Shown in pieces: positions 1-13,100 of a DNA stretch of 64,000 bases (position 1 is the first letter of the stretch; the number at the start of each line of letters is the position of its first letter). The notes under the pieces are model-generated. The model had not been told where the DNA came from. It did not search any database and was given only the letters and a program-made list of their open reading frames with translations. Origin of the DNA: Amoebophrya sp. A120 (lineage: Eukaryota; Protista; Dinoflagellata); contig CAJINV010000003.1 in NCBI GenBank assembly GCA_905178155.1, positions 10,919,272 to 10,983,271 of the forward strand, given 5' to 3'. A program made the translations under genes and the position numbers.

Positions 1-3
1 TGA

Positions 4-3000
4 AGGTATCAAACTTGTGTTCCCGACGAGATTTGCTTTTTCAAAAATCCCTGCGACACGTACCCGTCGCCCTGCAAATGTGGATCGCAGTGCGAGCCGT
101 GCCCGGAGTGCACTGGACAAAAGTTTCAGTGCAAGTGCGGACCGACGTTTTCGGGACCTACCTGCGAGACGCTTGTCTGTCCGAAGGGCTTCTCCGAAGT
201 TATGCCCTGCCTGGCTGGACTAATCTTCACTGGAAAAGTTGTAGAAATAAAACCCAGACGAGGCAGAGCATGATCAACATGCTAAAGCTGCGCCTCGCAC
301 TATATCGGGCAAAAGCAGAAGTAGGTGACTCCGCTTGTCCTACTATCGTTACATCTACATGATACATCAATATAGTACAACCGTGAGTTGCAATGCGGTG
401 CGGAGTCAGAGTTTATTTCCCACCCTGGCATGAACATGATAGCGAGTAGTGGAGGAGAGGGGGGGGCGCTGTTCCGCGTTTTATTGCTTCACCAATTTAT
501 TTTCCAGTTGAGATTGTAACATCAGCTGAGCCAGGTATAGAAGCAGGAGCTGCTGGTGGACAGTGCGGATCTTGTCAACCAATGGACGGTATTTTTAGTG
601 CGCCGATTTGATATTAAACGACGTCTTCTGTTGATGTAGACGTAGTCGCAAAATGTTCTAATACCGAAGTCAGACCTGCTCGACGAATCTGTTCCTGAGT
701 TAATGTTGCTTTCGCCTCCCCATCAATTCCAAAAATTCAAAAATACACACAGCAACAAACCCGTGTGATCCCAACCCATGCAAGCACGATGGCGTGTGTA
801 AAGTGGAAGGGGAAGAGAAGACTTATGTGTGTCAGTGCCCTGCTGATTACACGGGTCCAAATTGCGAAACCCTTGTCTCTATCAACTGCAATATGTCTGG
901 GTCCTCTGGATGATTCGACTGCAGCAGGAAAAGGAATTTGTTATGCATCTTCGTGGATCTCGCAGATCTTCCAGATGTTCTGGAATGAACGCAAAAGCAT
1001 TACAGGTCTTGCGCAGGTCAGGCGATGCCTGTCTTGCGCAGGTCTTACGCCAAAAATGGCCAAGCATTGGTGCTCTTGCAAAACAATTTTTTTTCGTATT
1101 CGAGAGGCTGCGTGACAAGTGCCAATCTTTCGAGACCCAGACACAGTTGCAACGTATAGTCTGCCCCGACGGCTTCTTTGAAGAGGCTGGGAAATGCGTC
1201 AGCGTCCAGACCGGCGCTATGAGAGTGCACACCCCCGCCCTCGCCCCCTCATTGGCCGTGGAAAATACCAAGTCCGTGCTTTGCCTCTCGGCACTGTTTG
1301 CGTGACAAGTTCTGCCAGCCCAAATGGCACTTACAATCCTGTGCAGACTTGTGATGCAAAACCTTCAATATTCCTGCTGACGTGTGTATTCGTGTTTGTT
1401 CAAGTCAAATGCGGGGGAGGGTGGAGGCTGTGCACCTTCATAGGCGCGGCCAGCACTGCAGAAACTGCCGCCGATCCCTGCGCGAAGATGCCGTGTAAGA
1501 ACGGAGGCGAATGCATTCCCGACGGGGAGTACTACTCCTGTGCCTGTCCGTATGCAGAGAAAGAAGGGAGCGCTACACCACTTACACACGACACGCACAC
1601 ACACACTATGTTCATGCAGGACACACAATACAGAGAGGTTGTAATGCGGAAAATGCTGTGAGCCTGGTCTTATACGTGTTTTTCTTTGTGATCTTCGTCA
1701 TGTAGATTCTTCTTCTCGTTCTCATGCAGATCACATAATGTATCTTCTGCGTTGCCAAACCCAAATCTGCAAAGCTGTGTAAGAACTGCAGCACCACCAC
1801 TTCTTTCCTGGGATAGTCCGCCACTGTATTCGGGCACGGACTGTGAATATAAAGGTGTTTTTTTATGAATTAAAGTATGTGCTGCACGAGTTGTGCTTGT
1901 TGTATGTTCGGATGTATCATGGAACTAGAGCTCCTGCATGTGATGATGATGATGATGATGCTTCATCGTGAAAATAGAGTTTCAATTGGAATTATGTAGT
2001 ATAATCTAAGCCCCAAGAATATCAATCTCCATGTGGCCTGAAGACGAGAACAGCAGTGCTGCTACACGTTGAACAAAAAACAGAAAACCCTTGCGACGCC
2101 GATCCATGCGATGGCACGAAGTGCATTCCTGACGATACAACGGCCCTGGGTTACTATTGCCAGTGCGAAGATTGCGCGCACGGAGACTCGACGGGCTTCT
2201 TTGGCTTTCGCTTCAACAGCCGCTTGCTGCAGGAGATGGCCAAACGGAGAGTGGCTAAGCGCAGGAGGCGAATGCAAGTCACTACAAACCAAGATGGTAT
2301 TCTATTTGCACAATGCTTGTCGCGATCATGCAACATTTACTAGTTCTGATGTGCCGCCGAAGTTCACCTTACCATTTGCATTTCCAAAGCTCACGATGAC
2401 TGACGAAGCAAAAGCTGGTACGTAAGGCTTTTTTGTTCCTAGTTTTTGTTTTGAGCCCCTCATCTTCGATGAAACCCTAAAAAACCATAAGAAATTCATT
2501 GACAGCGATGCTCTACAACTGGGACGCGGGGCGCACGGTTCCCGGCACGCGCCCGCTGGCCTCTGAGGCCATGGGCTACATATTCACTGCAACATGTCTG
2601 GGTCCTCGGGAGTGTTGTAATGCTCGTTGGTGAATGATCATGCGCGCGCTGCAATAGTGCGCAGCCAAGCGTAACTTGTTTTTGAGCTGATATTTCTTGC
2701 GTATTCATCATCCTCATCCATGTGATAGACTGTGGTTTTCCATGACAGGCAGAAGCAGGACGAGCACGTCTTTGTTTCCGAGCAGGACGACCACGTCTTT
2801 GCTTCTGCCATGGGTCGCGGAGGTCTTCCGACTCGTTCTCAGACAGGCATGACAACAAATCCAGACCCAAACAGATGTGCAACGCATACTGTGGCGGCGT
2901 AGACAAAATTGCGCCCCACTGCGCGGTGTACCAGAACGCCCCCAACATGGGGGCGGAGGTGACGCTTTCCATCAAGTGTCCCAAGAACGATATCGGCGAC

Positions 3001-6000
3001 GGTGTCGACTGTGCGGACCTGATGAGCAAAGTGACAAGACTGCAAACGTCGAGCAGCATGCAGAAGGAGTTGACCAAGCGCGCGCGCAACAACTGCGTGG
3101 CCACCGATGTGCACTTCGTGAGCTCCCCGATATGACAGCGCACGAGCCTTCCGCCCCCTCATTTGCAGGGCATGCTGAGCAGGAATACAAGGAACAGCAG
3201 AAGTCAATGTGGCATCCGTATAGTAGTACTCTTTGAGCTGTTTCAAAATTTGCCATGTGCATTCTGTCCAAAATTTGCCATGATGCGTATTCTGCTCAGA
3301 GAGGCCATGACGCCGATTCTGCCTTCCAAATAAGTGGGGCAGGGACTTGCTCACTCCCATACCCGACGGAGGAGATTCAGATCGCGGATTGCCCTTCCAC
3401 GGCGGAGTTCGACTTCCGCTGGAACAAGGTATGGGCTGAGTTATTCCACAATGAAACAAGGGCACCCAAATCAGAAACGAAAAAATGTCCTGCGGCTTTT
3501 TGCCTCACACACAAGGTCTTTCTGGCTCTCCAGGGTGACAAAGTTTTTGCAGCTTTATTTCTCGAAATGTGCCAAATGGTCGCACTACGACCTGCAGTCC
3601 ATTTCTAACACGACTGGGACAGAAAACTACCTCTCTCGCCACGGTCCGTCTCCGCGTTCTTGCAGAGGTTTATTAGCGACGAAACTTTTTTTTCGGGTAT
3701 GGGTGTGCTTTTCTGTGGAATACGATTGCGAATTTGAGAAGCTGGGTTTCGCGGAAGACGACCCCTGGAAAGTGTATATCGGACATGAAGGCGTTGAAAC
3801 GCTGGACATGGAGTACCTCTTACGACAGCGCACAACTACGACTTCCCCTCCCCCGCATGTTGAAGAGATGAGAGAGTAGACGCAACAGAAGATACAGAAG
3901 CTGCACCGGTAAAGAGAAAGATGCAGCCTTTGCGTCACTAGATTAGGCATAGTTGTGCTCTTTATTAATTTGGCTTTGGGGCGCCGCTATCGGAACCGAT
4001 TACGCATAAAGTGCCAAGAAACAATCACTGAATTTCCTTCATTTAAATGAGTGGCAGAGCAGGGAGTAGTTCTTGGGCACCTGCATACATCCCGCTGCTG
4101 TGCCACAATCCGGTGTGCCGCGGCATGGCCATGGACTTGTCTGGCCTCTTTACCAGCTGCAGCAACAGTGCGCCGGGCTACCTCGGCCGGCTGGCCCGGA
4201 AGGCCAAGGCCTTGAAGAACTCGCTCAAAGTGTGCGGGAACCCGAGCGGGGCCGTCATGAGCCGCCAGCAGGTCGCGGTCGTGGGCGTCTTGGATCCGTT
4301 GTCCAAGTTATCTACAAAAAAACGACTGCTCATCCCCATACAATTCGTCATGCAAAGCATGCATCAAGATCAAAGTCAAACCCAGCGCTTGCGCTTCCCA
4401 TACAAAAAAATGATAGGGATGTGTTTTTTTTTTCTGGGGATACAACTCGGAGCTCCTCCACACGGAGGCCTTCGTCGAGGAGCTAATCGTGAACGCGACC
4501 GGTATCGCCACCGATCGTGTTGTCGTTTTGACGCAGCCGGTGTTGCACGTGAATGATTTCTGGTCACAAATTCCGCAAACACCAAACGTCGTTGGCGCAC
4601 GAAGCGCAGTTGCGATGGGGTGAGGAGATTTTGACTTTGCTAATTCCATTTTGTGTAAAGTATTTCGCCGCATGGAGCTGCGCACGTTTATTCATGTTGC
4701 ACTTGCATGGAAGATTCGAATTGTAATGAAATACGATTGCCTTTGCGACTGCTCATCTGCGCACGCAGTGCGGATACGGGCCTCCTGCATCATTCTTAAG
4801 ATCTGGGTGCTCGATGATGAACTTGGAGTAGCTACTAGGACTACAACATACATCTCAGGCCTTTCCGTCCCGTCTCCCTAGCCGGTCTGCAATACGGCGA
4901 GACACCCCACGCAAAAGTCTGTTTGGGCCTGTGCATTGCCACGGCCAGCCCCGGACCGGACCCAGGCATGACTACGGACCCGGCAGCGCCACTCGAGCTG
5001 ACCTTTTCCGAACCCATCAAGATGGGCGACTGCCTGACCACTGGGTACTGCAAAATCAGCTTGAAGCCTTACAACTCCGCATACGGTTACTACAATCTAG
5101 ATGCCACCGTGATCACTTCCGAGATTGTCGTCGCAGGCATGAGCGTGAAGCTCAAGCCCCGCAGCTTTCTCAAGGCAAACGCAAACTACACTGTCGAAAT
5201 CGAGGAGGGTGCCTTCGAGGGAGAAAAGACCGGTGAAATCATGAAGAAAACGGTACAGAAGCCAGATTTTCCGTTTGACAAAGACCCGAAATCATAACCG
5301 TCACTTGAAGATATCAATTTCGTTATTTTCGCGTACGACCAGATCGTAGGAGTGGTAGAAGTAGAGCATAGATAGTTTGAGTTTAAGAGTGGACGTAGTT
5401 GTTCATCACCGGTAATATTGCGTGATGGTCATGAACATGATTTACACTCGTGTGATGGCGGACGTCTTAACTTTTCTTAGGATGGACCACGACCACCACG
5501 TCGAGCAGGCATAAAACTGTGAGCATCTTTACTGTAGTAATATCGAAATTTCTTCAGGCTTTTTGGTTTTTGACCGGACCGCCGACGAGCAGTGTCGTGA
5601 AGGTTTCGGTTATGCTATCCTCCCGGAAACAAGTGTGCCCGTGCCAGAAAAGCGATAAAAAATATTTCGTTCTTGCAGCTGGTGCTGGATTCCTGTCACT
5701 AAAGCTTCGGCAGAAAGAACCACGAGGAGAAAAAGGCACTCTTCTGTCATGAACCGTGCCTGTTGCAAAACTTGCACTTCGACTTCTCGCTGGCGACTTA
5801 CTAGAGACGGGCACCAAAGAAGTTTGTCACTGTGAACAACCTCTATTTTTTTCTTGTATGGGTGTGGTTTTCTGTAGGATATATGCTGGGTTGCGATGAT
5901 CACGCGTCGTGTCACTACTACACCAGCTACCTGCCGGACTTTGTCGGCGATATTGAGGGGGCGCTGATCCAGCCCTTGCAGGGCAGATTGAAGAGTTTGC

Positions 6001-8633
6001 GCTCGCAAAAAAATCCTGAACCAGACAACTTCGACGAGAATGGCGACCAGCTTCCTACAGACCTGATTCCGGCGCCGGAGCGACGGCGTGTGCTCCAGGC
6101 ACAAGCACAGAGACTTCTTTCGTCGACGGAGGATAGCGCGGCGACGGCTGGCGACCCCGTCGTGGAAGGCAGAAAGCCCGCGAAGTGCGAAACCGTGTCC
6201 ACGTGGTTTTTGATGTGCGTGTTGAGTATGGTACCCCTGTTCCTGAGTTTTGTCACGGCTGCGCTCGCGGGCCGCGCCATCACGCCCTGGGTGCAAGACG
6301 TCCGGAAGGAGGGCTACCAGAAGACTTTTACGTATGCGCAGCACGTAGACGGTGGTTGGAAGTCCAAGCTGATCGAAAATCCCCGAAGTTTTTCGGCCCG
6401 GCTCGCGGGGCCATGGCTCTACCTGCCCCTGTTGATGCTACTGTCCCTGGGCGGCGCTGCGACCGTTGCAATCATCTTCATCAACTCCACCGACGACGTC
6501 ATCAATTACATGGCCGCTGTGATGTACAATTCCCTCTGCTGTTCATGATCGATGTTTCAGCTTTATTATCTTTGATTCTGCTTTCGCATGATGATTTTTT
6601 TGGGTGATAAAAATTGAACCGTATATAGTAATTAAGGTCGTGCTCGTGGTCCGATTGATGCTCCTGAGAAGAAGTAGTGTACGAGTATGTTCTTGTACAT
6701 GAAGAACATGAAGAACACGCTTTCAACATCAACTCAGGTCCATGTCTGTAGCGGGGATCATTTGGAACCTGTTCAGCATTTGTGTATCCACCTGGGTCGC
6801 ACCCGGGTACCTCCCTTTCCAGACAGATAGCCCGAAGCAGCCACTCCAAGCGGGGGCGGGACTCTGGAACCTGGGCAGTAAGCACCACCGGAGCCCCTTG
6901 TCGCTGTATCCGATACCGTATGGGTACTCGGAAAAACCGGATTACGATGTCGAGGGACACGAGAACCAGGCAGATGTCGATGATATGGTAAACTCAGTGA
7001 ACATCAACGTGCCGAGACATCTCGCCCAATCCACGGGAGCAATGAGCCGACTTACGAAGCCGATTCCGGAAGTAGAGCAGATAGCAAAGATATGCTACGC
7101 GATCGCGGTCTTTATCGGGATGATCTCAAGCGTTTTACATTCGTCCGTGTTACATGATTTTGCGTCCTCGCTACTAGAATGCCAAAAGTAGTCAAGCACA
7201 CAGGGGAGGTGGTGCGTCTTACATAACATACAGATTATTTCAAAAGGATTTCAGCGCTATTGTAAAGTGCGTGGAAAATAATCTCTTGCCCCACGAAGTA
7301 AGTAGCTTGATCTTGTAGACGGGCGTCGCGATTTCATCGTATGGCAAGTCATAGTTAAGCATCGATCAGTGTATTAACGCTTGAGAGCGCCATAGTCTTC
7401 AATAGCTTTGTCGGGATGATGACGCTCACTGGTCTGGCCATGCAACTCTGTCCGCAGCCCGTCTCTATGCATTTGGTACAATATCAGAGACCTTCTCCTT
7501 CAAATTGTGTATTTTTCGTGATTTGCCAGGTAATTATTGCCATGGATACTTTGAGGTTAACGATTACTATCAACCAGGTTCAGTTCTGCAGTCTCTTCGG
7601 TTTCAGTTTCGCCGTTGGGTTCGTAATTTTAAGCGTGTCTCTGATGAAGCAGCACACGTTCCAGCCGGTTGTCGCAGTGAGCTACAAGCAAGATAACCGC
7701 GAATGGCTGTCCCAAAGCTACCTAGCCCACGATGTGCAGTTCCAGGAGCAGAGTAACAAGGTTGTGTCATTCAATCATCTTCTCCCGCATATGAGACTGC
7801 ACAACTCCACTCCCCCGCCTCATTTTTGCATAATGCTAAAAAATCCAAGACCAAGATGAAGTCATGACATGCCTCGAAGCACTTCTTGCGTGACACATAG
7901 TGGCAGCACACCCTCCTCGAACAGTACTACAATCGTATTCGTGTTCGGAGATTGCATAATTTGTGGCCTTGCTTCTGTTGCCACTCATGCCCTAAAAAAA
8001 AGCGGGAGGGGGGGTTGTGCAATCTGATACCGAAGGCCGCGAGCTCAGAAGGGGTGCTACCAGGATACGAGCTCGTACAGATCATCGAAAGGCAGGCAAA
8101 TGGAATAGTGGTACCTACTCCGATTATTTTTTATTTTGGAAAGAAAAATACTGTTGAGATGCGGGCTTAAGTAGTCTGCTGTAATGCGTCATTGTGACAC
8201 CTCAAAAACAAAACAGCACGTTGAAAGAAAACAGAATATGTGAATTTGTATTTTATGCGTTCCTGCTGCCTGCTGACAACCGCTTGATGTATTTTACATG
8301 AGCGGCACAGCGACCCTGCTTCTTACAAAAAAACACCACTCTCAGAAAAACAAGCGGGATCTTCGCGACAACGACGATGCGAGGAACGAGTTGAATTACT
8401 TTGAGCGGTATGGTAACGAGGTCACCCTGTTGTTCAAAGCAAGCTATTACCCCCTGCAGAAGGATGTGACAAGATTCGAACGAAGCAACCCATACCTGCC
8501 CCCGTTGGTGCGCGCACCCATGAAAAAGAACCTGCCGCCCTCATCACCCGGGCGGTCGGCGCGAGGGGGTCCCGGGACGACGATGATGGCGGGACCAGGC
8601 TCACCGTCCGCCACAGCTGCCCGCGCTTTGTAA
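4..8633 (+). CDS. Multi-exon membrane protein with EGF-like repeats, an Ig-like (Big_5/SbsA-like) domain and several TM helices; 5'-partial gene span
   Basis: EGF-like units: NPCDTYPSPCKC..CKCGPTFSGPTCE (~46-170), NPCDPNPCKHDGVC..CQCPADYTGPNCE (~758-868), DPCAKMPCKNGGEC..YSCAC (~1473-1548), NPCDADPCDGTKC..YYCQC (~2086-2166). Ig-like motif LELTFSEPI...NYTVEIEEGAF (~4993-5216). Hydrophobic segments at ~6205-6530, 6745-6800 and 7090-7650. Stop TAA at 8631-8633. A single-gene model is inferred. Confidence 0.6.
879..1162 (+). mobile_element. Introner-like non-canonical intron, TIR family 1
   Basis: Ends CTATCAACTGCAATATGTCTGGGTC / GACCCAGACACAGTTGCAACGTATAG are imperfect inverted repeats. Direct repeat GTCT. 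Removal gives CETLV|CPDGF, matching the paralogous unit CETLVCPKGF at ~163-192. Confidence 0.8.
2589..2883 (+). mobile_element. Introner-like non-canonical intron, TIR family 1
   Basis: TGCAACATGTCTGGGTC ... GACCCAAACAGATGTGCA. Removal with direct repeat GCA gives in-frame GYIFT|AYCGG. Confidence 0.65.
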
Positions 8634-10152
8634 GGGAATTGTGACACCAACATGCGTTGTGTACTAATGAAAAGAGCCGCTTCAATTTTTTTCACTGACT
8701 GCACCTCATAGATGCAGAACACGTCGCGCCGGCTCGCGTGGTCCGATGTCTTTTAGTGATACTCCTTTACGAGGAATGAAAGGGTTCTCATGGTTCATAT
8801 ATACTAGTAAATTGTATCTTTATGCAAGCCTGAAGTTTACCCCTATACGTGGATCGATGTACCGACTTTCGTGGTGAATGGAATTATAGTGATGTGTGAA
8901 TCAAGCTTGAAAGAGGCTCCTCTTGGGACCGGCGTCTGCATTAGGGGGAGCGTTTGATGTAGTTCACTTCTAACTCACTTCCAACCTATTGTAGCCGCAA
9001 AGTGACAAGATGATAGCTCATCAACGGTCTTCAGCCACTCTGCGCTTCCTGGTGATAGCTCTGGCCTACCTGAAGAAGTGGTGACGGCAGAATGTAGAAT
9101 TGATGAAATTTTGATCTTCCACGCCTGTGCCACGAGTGGGATTGGCGCGCGCTGCCCGAGGTGGTGTCATAAACTTGCATCATCCAAAACTACATCGCGT
9201 CCCCAAGCGTGTCGTGTCGCTAGTAGTTAAATACTAAATAGTTTTCATAGAAAGGGGCTATGACTTTTTATAGTTCGCTGTATTACCGCTTCGAACATCA
9301 ACATGTTGTAACACTTACTTACGTAGGGTGCGTCGTATGCCTCCGGTCGTGCCTGCTGAGCTGAGGGCAGAACTCGCTCCATCAAGAAAATGCGTGAAAA
9401 TGGTATATGGGTCAAAGTCAATCGTTATGTAAAACAGAGGATGTGAAGGGCGTTGCAGTTGTGGAGAAAAGAAACTAGTATCCGAAAATTTGTAGCGGAG
9501 CTCTCGTCTGCTCCGTCGAATGATATTAGCAACACCTGAGGACAACGACAACTACACCAGCTATTCGTAAATTCTAAACAGTGTTTTTGTTCATCACGTG
9601 ACGCTGCTTCAAACACTATGTTCGTGATTCATTGCCGAACTTTTGTTCGATCGTGGTCGTGCTGGCTCATCCATCGCATGCGCATGCCATGCTCGAGAGT
9701 GTGAGCGCATTTTTGTCGACCATCCGATTGTTTCTCAGGAGTCCCTTCCTCGTTGACAATACAGAGAGATTACGTCACAGCAGAGCTCGATGCATCGGCG
9801 ACAAGAGCGATTTAGCGGGCGTGATGTAGTCGTCCACCTCCCGATTTATTTTACATGAACTGCAGCCTGCTTGCGTCGATAGCAAATTCGACTTCGAGGC
9901 TTGAGATATCGTATATCTACTATATGCTAGTTATTCTAATGTTAATCTCGGAGTTGTGTTTGTGAGTGAGCATATGTTTTAGTTACAGCCCTCCTTTGCC
10001 ATTCTGAAGAGTATGAAGATCGAGTTATTCATGGTTGACGTCTCAGTAGCGAGAGCATAGCGAATCCAGATCATCTTCGACTAAGTACACTACCGCTGTT
10101 GCGCGCCAGTGAGTGTGGACGACCTGCGCTGCGGGCGCTAAAAAGCGTGAAG

Positions 10153-13100
10153 ATGAATAACGGCCCCTGCGGATCGTTTTCAGTGGCTCGTCACTTCTTT
10201 TTGTGTCTGTTGCTCCAGCTCGCAAATGTCTCTCTCCGGCGGGGCGACGCCGTCGCGGCAGCTGCAGCTGCGCCGGACTACTCCGTGGCGGCAGCTGCTG
10301 CAGGTGCGCCGGACGCAGACTTGTTAGAAGCAACGCTTGATGTGGGTGGGCATCCGCGCGTTACGTCCACCGAGAAGAGTCCTCTTCAAAGTAGTGGCTC
10401 AGCACCTACACAAGACGAAGACAAGAAGATGAATATCATAACTTCATCCTCAAAAGTAGCAGCAGCAGCACCATTCGTCGCGTCATTATCGGGCGGGGGT
10501 AGCACCACCACCGTGAACACGATTGAACTGCCGGAAATAAATCCGGTAACTGCGAGAACAGCACGAACGCTGCAGAGTAGACCAGGCGAGCATGAGGGTG
10601 TAGCGTCGCCGCAGCAAATTTTTATACCGATCCAAGATCCACTCCACGAAGAACAGACACAGCCCGGTGACGCGAACCCTCAGACCTTGACCGGAAACGT
10701 ATGAGAGTGCACAGCTCCACCTCCGCCCTGTCATTTCCATTAGTTGTGTATGGCACAAACAGCGAAGAGCGACAGAAATACTAAGAGAATGATGAAACAT
10801 CCCGCATTCGCCCCTGGGTGCTGATCTTGATAAATTCATTTACTCTACACGCGGAATAGGGTAGGTACAGGTCGTACAGTTTGGACGTGGAGTGCTTGTG
10901 GTATAGCTTGTCATGAGGACTAGGCCTCACCAAGAACAGCAGGGGTTGTAAATTTGCATGTTCTCGGCCGCAGGTGAGTTAGAGGAGAAGTTGTGCACTG
11001 TCATAACACGGTTCGTGGGCCTCTCTTCTAGAGCAACACGGAACCGGACCAGGAGCAGCCCCCTCGCGACTCGTCGCATCGCAGCCCGGTGCATCAGATG
11101 CTGCGGCTTCGAAGACAGTAGCATCTGAAGTAGATCCACGATGGGCCGCTGAGCAGGAGCTGCCAGTGGTGCGGAGCAGTGACGGTAGCAACACGTCGGG
11201 GCGGGTATCAAATGGACATGTCGCACGGACTTTTGAATCTGTTGCTCAGGAAAGGCAAAGGGAAAGGACTGCTGACCCAGACGCAGTGGAGCACGGAGAA
11301 GCTGGAACAGAAGATCTCGTAAAGAAGCCCCTATCCTTGTCGTCTTCATCTGTAAGTGTAAGCAGCAACCGCAGAGAAGTTCACGAGCAAGCGCCAAGGG
11401 AAGATAGCGCAGTGCTCGCACTACAGAATAAGTTCCAGAAGGAAGAAGTTAAGGCTGGCGATCAGAAATCTGCCACCGAAGGTCGCGATCAGGTTCAGGA
11501 TAATTGGTCTTCATCAGGATCAGGAGCTCGTAGTGTGGAGGAGAAAGAAGGAGCTGCTCTCCTGGAGGGCGACCCATCACACAACCGCGGCGCCGACATA
11601 GTAGCGACGGCACCGACCACGTCGCCAAGCCGAACTTCACCAGTTATAAAGAATCACAACGAGGAGCATGGTCCTCCTCTCGGCCTGGAAATTCCATCAA
11701 CAAAGGCAACAGCTTTGCCACCGAGCACCAACAAAATTTTCCTCGAAAAAACAACAAGCACCGCCAAACCGCAGAGCTTCCTCGGCACCTCGGCGAGCAA
11801 AATTAGTACCAGCAGTAGTGTAGCTAGCAAAAGTAATAGGGCGCACGGAAAAGTGGATGTTGACACCACGGTCACGATCGATCTAGCGGCCAACGGCCTC
11901 CTGGCAAATGCGAGTGGTTCAAATTCTTCGAATAACAATTCGAATACTACGGGAAACAGCTCCGTCGCTGTCGTAGTGTCTCCAACGATGAAGAGTGTTG
12001 CTCCCGCCCTTGCGCCATCTCAGCATCTGGTCAACAAATATTTTTCTCCCCTGCAGTATCGAAAGAAAGAAAATTTACAGTTGCGCATTTGATGTAGCTT
12101 CACCTTCAGCAATTGACAATAAATTTTCTCTGTGTGGCAGAGAAACTTGCATCAATGCAGAGATCATAAGGGAAAATACGCATGAGGCTGTGCTCTTGTG
12201 CATATCCGGCATGAGAGGGCTTGTCTCTCATGCTTGTCCCGCAACACTATGTGTAACTGTAGCGCTTTTTTCTTGGCATATGCAGGGAATAACCAACGAT
12301 CTCTACAATGTCTTTGGCGGAGGTGGGGGATCTACTATGCAATTCTCAAGCGTTACATTCGCAATTGCTGCGTGGATTTGTGACGCAAGAAAAGCAAAAC
12401 GGAGGAGGTTGATGCACGTCTAGCATAACAAATTCGGCACGGGAGATGTCCATGCGCATGTTGTCTAGCTCTTCAAAAAATTGCCGTGCGAAGTAGTTTC
12501 ACCTTGTGGACGTTCATGCTAATTTGCGTGGCAAATCATGTGACAGCTCTTGAGAATGTAGTGCCTGCGAATCCCATACCCACAGCACCGACCATGCAGT
12601 CGAGGGAGGAGGCTGCCAGCATTGGCATTGGCTCTGGCTACGACCTATTGCGGGACGAGCGTCGGGCCCCCGCACCTCTTTTGACTCGCCGAGGCAACGA
12701 CACTACGCAGGTGAGTCAGCTGTCTTTTTATTGTTGCTTGCAGCAACGATGGACCGGCACCGGGGCGAGGACGAGTTTTTGTGTCCCTAGTAGGTTATTT
12801 ACCAAGAATCACATAGACATACCCGCTTACTCAGTACGGCTAGGGGCAAATTACTGTTGAAATATCAAGAGCATGATTATTCAATAGCATCATGGTCTTC
12901 ACATTGACGAGAGACAGAGACTCCATACCCCACATCAACGAACCGATCTGATTACAGGCTGATGCCTTCTCAGTGAAAGACGCCATTTTGACACGAACCG
13001 GACTTCTGGTGCGTGAAAGTACCGGGAACGGCGAGCTAGAGGGGCCTGGATACGACCGAAGTGACGTCACGCAGTCCGAACGGCGCACGCCCATTATTCT

